The notes beneath the pieces are model-generated. The model was not told the DNA's origin. It saw nothing but the letters and a program-made list of their open reading frames with translations, and ran no database searches. The position numbers and the translations under genes are program-made. A stretch of DNA of 64,000 nt from an uncultured virus (IMG/VR IMGVR_UViG_3300013006_001224) (Duplodnaviria > Heunggongvirae > Uroviricota > Caudoviricetes), in IMG/VR virus record IMGVR_UViG_3300013006_001224. The stretch is one strand, 5' to 3'. Below, piece by piece: positions 58,260 to 64,000 of this stretch (the stretch's first letter is position 1; each line of letters begins with the position of its first letter).

Positions 58260-58814
58260 TTATTGTAACTGTGATTTAATTTTCATTTTAAGCATACGCT
58301 TAGCACTATCATCCAATGGTAGTCTTGATAGCATATCTATAACAAATGCTACTTGCTGTGTCGCTGGCTTGTTTTCGATAGCTTTAACTAGCATCTGATA
58401 AGCTTGAGTCTTTTCAACTTTTTCTGCTTTGCTGGCTAATGCACTGCCTGCCGCTGGCTTATCTGATGCCGTATCAGAGCTTAATTCTAATTCATTAAGC
58501 TTGCCTTCTTTCATGTTAGAATCAGCTTTAAGACCACGTGCTACTTGACCACGTAATGCTGTTAGTTCATCAGCAGTGATACCAAATGTTTTCATTAGTG
58601 TAGTTAGTAATCCTACCTTTTGCATTCTAGGTAGTTTTGCAAGACGTTCAACGTCCATACCGCCTAATGCTTTATCGAGCATTGAACGTCCACCGCCTAA
58701 ACTAGCACGTACCTGCGATCCTACATTTTTAATAAATGAGTTAGTAGTCGACTCGGCTAGTATATTACGTACATGTTTACGTATTTCATTACGTAGTTCT
58801 TTTTCTGTTGCCAT
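58260..58814 (-). CDS. Hypothetical head-associated protein
   Basis: Late motif at 58829; LR.EIR..VR.ILAE tag and internal KLNE. Confidence 0.75.
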   Translation of the reverse strand: MATEKELRNEIRKHVRNILAESTTNSFIKNVGSQVRASLGGGRSMLDKALGGMDVERLAKLPRMQKVGLLTTLMKTFGITADELTALRGQVARGLKADSNMKEGKLNELELSSDTASDKPAAGSALASKAEKVEKTQAYQMLVKAIENKPATQQVAFVIDMLSRLPLDDSAKRMLKMKIKSQLQ

Positions 58815-58836
58815 ATATTTCCTTTTTAATAAATAT

Positions 58837-60510
58837 CTATCTAAACTGAGATTCTAGTCCTTTAACAATAAATCGGCCGGTTATTTTAAACGGCTCGCCG
58901 TATATTTTAGGGTCTCTAATCACAATACCTTCATGTCCGCTAACTGGTCCTAAGGGTGAGCTTAAAGCTTCTAATACTGCATTACCCAATTCCATTGTAG
59001 CTAAATAAATAACAAAACCGTTAATTACTTTTTCTACATCTTTAGGATCGGCTAACATTTTAGCAGCATCTTCGCCTTGCGATAAAGCTAGCAATACTTG
59101 TTTTGATTGAGCCCCAATTGTCTTACCGTCAGCTAACTTAACCGTACTTTCTTTTTCATTAGTAGCTCCTGCTAACCATTGACTTAACGTCTTTGATATT
59201 TTTTTACCGTTAACGGTGATAGAATATTTTTTAGCTAGCTCCCCTGCAAAGTCTGGTTCTTTATCTAAGGTAGTCGGAACAGATCCTAGTACTTCGAACC
59301 CATATTCATTTGCAGTCGGGGTTAAATTGTTCAATAGATCTTGCATTGACTTCTTATTATAAGTTACCTCTTTAGTAGCACGACGCTTAGGTGTTACTTG
59401 TTCAATTTCTAATAATCCATGTATTGCTAAGAAGTTTTTATTATATGATAATACATTAGTAGAACCAGCTACATACTCAATATTGAATAAGATATTAGGG
59501 TTGTCCCATAGACCTAATGATTTAAGTTGAATGGTTATATCTGGTATAGCATCATTAAAGATGTCTAATACTTTACCACCTGTTACTATCATGCCATGAC
59601 CAGCACCGAACCGCGCTTCTAAGTCTGCCTTTGTTACGCCTTTAACATCTAAAGGTTTATTTGATCCACGGTCCATTACAAACTGGCGTCTGCCGGCAAC
59701 GTTAATTAATCGTATAGAGGCATTTACTCCGTCAATCTTAACTGATGCAGGGCCTTTCTTAAGATACTCTGCTGCTCGCGCAAATACTTTAACTAGATCT
59801 TTTCCATTTTTTACTGAAGGAATATCAAACGGATGTGCCATATGGCCACCTGCGCCTCCCTCCACTATCAAATCTTTCAATTTCATTTTACTTTCCGTTA
59901 AGTTTTTTTTTATCATAGTATATGTAGCAGGATCATACCAACCCATTATTTTCTTAAATGTATCGGGGCTACTAGTCTTTAAAGCATTTCTTAATGATGT
60001 ACCCGACATTTCACCGAAGCCGGGAATATTTAATGATACATGGGGGGCTACAATTAAGTATCCATGCTTATCATATCCTTGAAGATTATTTTTATTGCTT
60101 GCATACGGTTGAAAGTAAGAAGGATCTCCGCTCTTTTTAGGCTTCATAGAAAATCTAGGATCATCATCCATATCTTTTTGACCTACCATGAATACTACTA
60201 CTGTAGTAGCGGGGTCAAATCGACTTAATAGTTCCGTAGGAGTATAAGGTAGTTTAGTGTTTACTACATTTTTTATACCATACTTTGAAATAATAGTTTT
60301 CTTATCGGCAAAAGAAAATGGAGATCTGCCTTTTTCGGTTTTATCGCCGGTGGCTATAAAAGTATTTTCAGCTCCAAATTGATTTTGTAACCAGGTAAAT
60401 GCTTTTGCATGATGATTACCAAACGGCTGAAAACGTCCAGGATAAACTGCTATAATACGTTTACCGGTATCTTCTGTTATAACTGATGCTAGCCAACTGC
60501 CTAAATTCAT
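58837..60510 (-). CDS. Fusion of a HIGH-superfamily (cytidylyltransferase-like) domain and an ATP-ligase-fold (KxDG) domain
   Basis: YPGRFQPFGNHH, PFSF, MSGTSLR; then SVKIDG, NIEY, EGIVIR, FKITG. Confidence 0.7.
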   Translation of the reverse strand: MNLGSWLASVITEDTGKRIIAVYPGRFQPFGNHHAKAFTWLQNQFGAENTFIATGDKTEKGRSPFSFADKKTIISKYGIKNVVNTKLPYTPTELLSRFDPATTVVVFMVGQKDMDDDPRFSMKPKKSGDPSYFQPYASNKNNLQGYDKHGYLIVAPHVSLNIPGFGEMSGTSLRNALKTSSPDTFKKIMGWYDPATYTMIKKNLTESKMKLKDLIVEGGAGGHMAHPFDIPSVKNGKDLVKVFARAAEYLKKGPASVKIDGVNASIRLINVAGRRQFVMDRGSNKPLDVKGVTKADLEARFGAGHGMIVTGGKVLDIFNDAIPDITIQLKSLGLWDNPNILFNIEYVAGSTNVLSYNKNFLAIHGLLEIEQVTPKRRATKEVTYNKKSMQDLLNNLTPTANEYGFEVLGSVPTTLDKEPDFAGELAKKYSITVNGKKISKTLSQWLAGATNEKESTVKLADGKTIGAQSKQVLLALSQGEDAAKMLADPKDVEKVINGFVIYLATMELGNAVLEALSSPLGPVSGHEGIVIRDPKIYGEPFKITGRFIVKGLESQFR

Positions 60511-60544
60511 ATCATATTCCTTTTGAATAAATATGTTTATTGTG

Positions 60545-60763
60545 TTATAATCCGATCGCTGTTATAAATTCTTCAATTGTAGCATACATTACATTGTTTA
60601 TAGAAACGTTAGTACAATCAAATACTAGTACCCCATCTATAAATTCTATGTAAGTTTGAGTTTCACTTATAATTGAATAGCCGTTAGGAAATTGTTCATA
60701 TGCAAAGAAACGATCTTGTTCTCTTAAAATTATACCATCGGTAATTGTTGTTACATTTATCAT
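60545..60763 (-). CDS. Small hypothetical protein, possibly a fibre chaperone
   Basis: ATGA overlap with the upstream fibre gene. Confidence 0.65.
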   Translation of the reverse strand: MINVTTITDGIILREQDRFFAYEQFPNGYSIISETQTYIEFIDGVLVFDCTNVSINNVMYATIEEFITAIGL

Positions 60764-62691
60764 ACGCGTTCTAAATAATACATTGTTGAGTAACCAGAGT
60801 CACCTGTGTTAGTGTGTTGTATACCAAATATCATGTACTGGTCTACGGCCCAGTTTATTGTTGAAGCTGCTCTACCTGTTGCTACATCATCTGTTGCTAA
60901 TGAAGTACCTACACCCACATGCTCTGTATTAATACCTGTTGCTGCTAGTATATAAAAGTCTCGTTTCATCTGCATAGAGGTTGTATTACCAGTTAGAATA
61001 CCTAAAGTAGTAGCAGTTGATATATCGTTTGTAGTATTAATGTATATTCCAGTTGTAGTATTACCGCCGGTAGCTAACTTTCTAACACGATATCTTACTC
61101 TAAGAATATCACCAGTAGTAAATGTGTTAGATGGAATTAGGAATGAAGTTGTTGCTGTTAATGAAGTGGAACCAGTACCAACCATAGACCCAGTACCAAA
61201 ACTTCTGTATGTAGATAATCTACCAGTAAGTAAGGATGCTGTCGCTGCATATGATGCTGTTCCGGTTAATGGGCCTACAAAACCGGATGGCGAGTAGGTT
61301 CTACTATCAGAACTTGAAACATATAAGTTATTATTTCCATAAATGTATCTACCAGTTGTTGTATTATAACTAGATATTACTTCACCTGCATTTGACCAAT
61401 ATATTCCACCATCACCTGTATTTGCTTCTATATAAATATGATCAGAAACGCCGACAGTTGAAGCTGGGTCATATACATTAATTTGTGAGGTTTGTATATT
61501 AACGCCACTTGCAGTCGCAAATAAGTTAATATCTCCAGTAGATGCTCTAACATTATGTGATGGGCCAACTAGTTGTGTAGTACTATTTGATACAAGCAAT
61601 GAACCTGTTACTGTTAAGTTACTTGTGAATCGGCCTGATCCACTTACATCTAATTGTGTTATTGGAGTACTAGTTCCAATCCCAACATTACCACTACTTG
61701 AAACAAACATTCTTACAGAACCACTAGTTTCAAATGCTAATGATTGATTATCATTAGTACCTAATAAAGCAGTAGTGCCAAAACTATTTCCATTTTGTAC
61801 AAACGCATTTGTACTTGCAGTATTGATGAATGATGCTGTTAGTGCATTTGTAGCCCAACTTGCAGTACCAAATAATGATCCTGTAAATGAACCACTAAAT
61901 GAACCTGTGTTTGATAAAAATTGATCTACACGATTTGCTGTTACTATTAAAGAAGGAATACCTGGCACTACTCCAAATGCTGGTTCAGCGTGTAAACGTA
62001 CATTTGCATCTGGTGAGTACCACATTAGTTGAAAATAATCACCTGCAGCCGCATTTACAAAGAAATTCCATGCTGCAACATAATGAGCTCCATTTCCTTG
62101 GAGTTGTACTGATGTTGCAGTATCTGTTAAACTTGTTCCATTTTTTCTAATCCATATCCATATCTCATCAGTTCCACTATCTGTTTTATCTACTTGAGCA
62201 GAAAATTGTATATTATATACACCGGCATTTTCTACTTTAATATATGTGTTAAAAGGATTTGTAGAACCGGAAACAGATACGCCATTTGTAATGTCTGTTG
62301 TATTAAGAGACATTGAACGAGCAGTACCAGCAACATTAGTTTGAGTTGTTGTGTCATAAAAAGATCCATAGGATCCTGTCGCTGTATTAAATCCTCCTCC
62401 TCCACCTCCTGTTGAACTAATTGTAACTTGTCCAACTCCTGTAGTTGGTGATATGGATATGTTTGCTCCTGCTAGTAATTGAGTTACTCCGCCATTAGTT
62501 GCGTATGAGGCTGTTAAAGCGTATGATGCACTTATAGATGATCCAGAGCTTGTAAATTCTTTTACAATATTTCCAGATCCGCTGCCGTAAAATAGCCGGC
62601 CGTCTTTAGTATTAATGGCTAATTCGCCTTGTTGTAATGAAGTAGGTGTAACTCCTACGCCGGTACTATTTTTTATTATTATTGTAGCCAT
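60760..62691 (-). CDS. Tail-fibre-like protein
   Basis: N-terminal P.SL..GELAIN..DGRLF, GVY.IQFS jelly-roll-like domain, GTASW/GTASY, GNVGIGT module. Confidence 0.75.
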   Translation of the reverse strand: MATIIIKNSTGVGVTPTSLQQGELAINTKDGRLFYGSGSGNIVKEFTSSGSSISASYALTASYATNGGVTQLLAGANISISPTTGVGQVTISSTGGGGGGFNTATGSYGSFYDTTTQTNVAGTARSMSLNTTDITNGVSVSGSTNPFNTYIKVENAGVYNIQFSAQVDKTDSGTDEIWIWIRKNGTSLTDTATSVQLQGNGAHYVAAWNFFVNAAAGDYFQLMWYSPDANVRLHAEPAFGVVPGIPSLIVTANRVDQFLSNTGSFSGSFTGSLFGTASWATNALTASFINTASTNAFVQNGNSFGTTALLGTNDNQSLAFETSGSVRMFVSSSGNVGIGTSTPITQLDVSGSGRFTSNLTVTGSLLVSNSTTQLVGPSHNVRASTGDINLFATASGVNIQTSQINVYDPASTVGVSDHIYIEANTGDGGIYWSNAGEVISSYNTTTGRYIYGNNNLYVSSSDSRTYSPSGFVGPLTGTASYAATASLLTGRLSTYRSFGTGSMVGTGSTSLTATTSFLIPSNTFTTGDILRVRYRVRKLATGGNTTTGIYINTTNDISTATTLGILTGNTTSMQMKRDFYILAATGINTEHVGVGTSLATDDVATGRAASTINWAVDQYMIFGIQHTNTGDSGYSTMYYLERV

Positions 62692-62709
62692 TTTATATAA
62701 ATATTAACA

Positions 62710-63999
62710 TTAGAATGTACCGCCGTCTATATACGAAGCTGTTGCAACTGATAGCGACGATAAATCTATAGCATCGAATGTCCCGTCACCTTTATATAAT
62801 AATAAGGCTATATTTGCAAATACGGACGGGGCGGGTGTTGATACATAGAACGAACCAGTATTAATTGCGCCGCCGCCGAATGCGGATGACGCAGTATAAA
62901 ATAATTGTCCAGTACTATTAGTAACTAGTACTCTATCAGCTCCAGCAAAAGTATTTAATCCTTGAAAAAATATTGATCCAGATAATTTACTTTGTGTAGC
63001 ACCTTTAAATGTACGTAAATCAAAACCGGGTGAAACTATTCTAAATTCGTCGTCCGCAGAACTAACACGTATATATGATGATGTGTTAGCCATAGCCGAG
63101 AAGCCAGAACCGCCGTCAACGAATTCGTTTGTTACGGTACGTAATACAGATCCGGAATAAAACAAAAATCCGGCAGTACTTCCACTTCCAGCGGCCGCCG
63201 CATTGATTCCATTATACCCTACAGTACGTATAAATCCGGAGCTAACGCCTGCTAACTCTATACCGGTATTAGTTTGATTACTTAGAAATACAGATCCAGT
63301 AATTAAGTTATTCGTGCCGTCAATATATGTATTATCGCCGTCGAACACGGCGCCGAATGCAATACTCTCTAAATCAGCTTTATTGCTACGATAATCAAAA
63401 TATTGAAATTTAAATGTTAATGGAGTGTTTAAGTGTTCTGATGGTATACGCTTGTTTAGTCGTACAAAATTTGGAGAATATCCAGTTTCTTTATCTGCTA
63501 ATAATTGAACATCTGCTATAATAAACGACCCATTACGTGATACAAATTTTAAATCTACAGTAGCATTGTCTAGAGCTTTAAATCTAAATTGCACATTGGA
63601 ATATGCGGAAGGTGTATGTTTAACTTGATAGGTTCCTATTCGTATACCTAAAGCATTGTTATCGCCGAACACTCCAGTTAATGTTGCATTAATATTTGGT
63701 ACTGGAATTATTTCACCTGCTTGAGAATATTGAAACTCTTCTTGTACTTCGATTTGCGAGCCAGATATATATACATCTACTCTAGCATTTGGTATATTTG
63801 CATCTGCAGATGAATAATTATCAATTGTCAAATCATTTGCTATACGAAATTTAACAATATACTCTGTGTTTTTAGTAATAGCTGGACGGTACTGTTGTTT
63901 AATGTTAAACACTCCAGCGTCACCTATTCCCGCTATATATTGATTACCGGGTAGCCAATTGGCTAATAATCTAGCACCGCCTATTATTGTATCATTATC
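62710..63999 (-). CDS. Large virion structural protein, C-terminal part (5' end outside the window)
   Basis: The frame stays open from the track start (63912) to the window edge; ends ASYIDGGTF. Confidence 0.75.
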   Translation of the reverse strand, partial: DNDTIIGGARLLANWLPGNQYIAGIGDAGVFNIKQQYRPAITKNTEYIVKFRIANDLTIDNYSSADANIPNARVDVYISGSQIEVQEEFQYSQAGEIIPVPNINATLTGVFGDNNALGIRIGTYQVKHTPSAYSNVQFRFKALDNATVDLKFVSRNGSFIIADVQLLADKETGYSPNFVRLNKRIPSEHLNTPLTFKFQYFDYRSNKADLESIAFGAVFDGDNTYIDGTNNLITGSVFLSNQTNTGIELAGVSSGFIRTVGYNGINAAAAGSGSTAGFLFYSGSVLRTVTNEFVDGGSGFSAMANTSSYIRVSSADDEFRIVSPGFDLRTFKGATQSKLSGSIFFQGLNTFAGADRVLVTNSTGQLFYTASSAFGGGAINTGSFYVSTPAPSVFANIALLLYKGDGTFDAIDLSSLSVATASYIDGGTF

Positions 64000-64000
64000 A

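Noticed and set aside
508..62150. All plus-strand ORFs in the track
   Set aside because: They lie antisense to well-supported minus-strand genes and show no recognisable motifs, so they are shadow frames
2589..62435. Short minus-strand ORFs nested in other frames (2589, 6055, 15844, 62232)
   Set aside because: Fully inside queE, nrdJ, polA-like and fibre genes, with no independent signals
1..64000. Stop-codon reassignment
   Set aside because: Conserved genes are intact in the standard code, and TAA, TAG and TGA all end genes
1..64000. tRNA or rRNA genes
   Set aside because: Intergenic gaps are short and AT-rich; no cloverleaf or T-loop signature was recognised by eye

Overview
This is a 64-kb, AT-rich segment of a large T4-like (myovirus) phage genome. 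Essentially every real gene is on the minus strand. The host is most likely Bacteroidota, based on TTTG-N19/20-TAnnTTn promoters, a bS21 homologue, a DUF5522-like ORF and a Gln-rule signal peptide. In transcription order (right to left) the window holds: fibre proteins; an NTase/ligase-fold fusion and other head-associated hypotheticals; a spanin-like pair; terminase, portal, prohead protease, bS21, scaffold, major capsid and PhoH; fibre and LamG proteins; neck, sheath and tube; an HNH endonuclease; tail chaperones, tape measure and baseplate; PolA-like, ferritin, SSB, RecA, RNase H, helicase and class II RNR; a ParB / DUF5522 / aminoacyl-transferase-like cluster; and a queD-queE-groES-folE-hpt-polB operon. 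The main leads are: (1) 7-deazaguanine base genes coupled to a purine phosphoribosyltransferase and the DNA polymerase, with no queC or dpdA in the window; (2) many proteins carrying prohead-protease-type tags, one with a scaffold-like C-terminus; (3) two promoter classes, with some apparently leaderless genes and SD-bearing late genes near bS21; (4) a candidate +1/-2 frameshift in the tail chaperones; (5) an 18-bp hairpin controlling the HNH gene. All calls come from reading motifs by eye; no searches were run.
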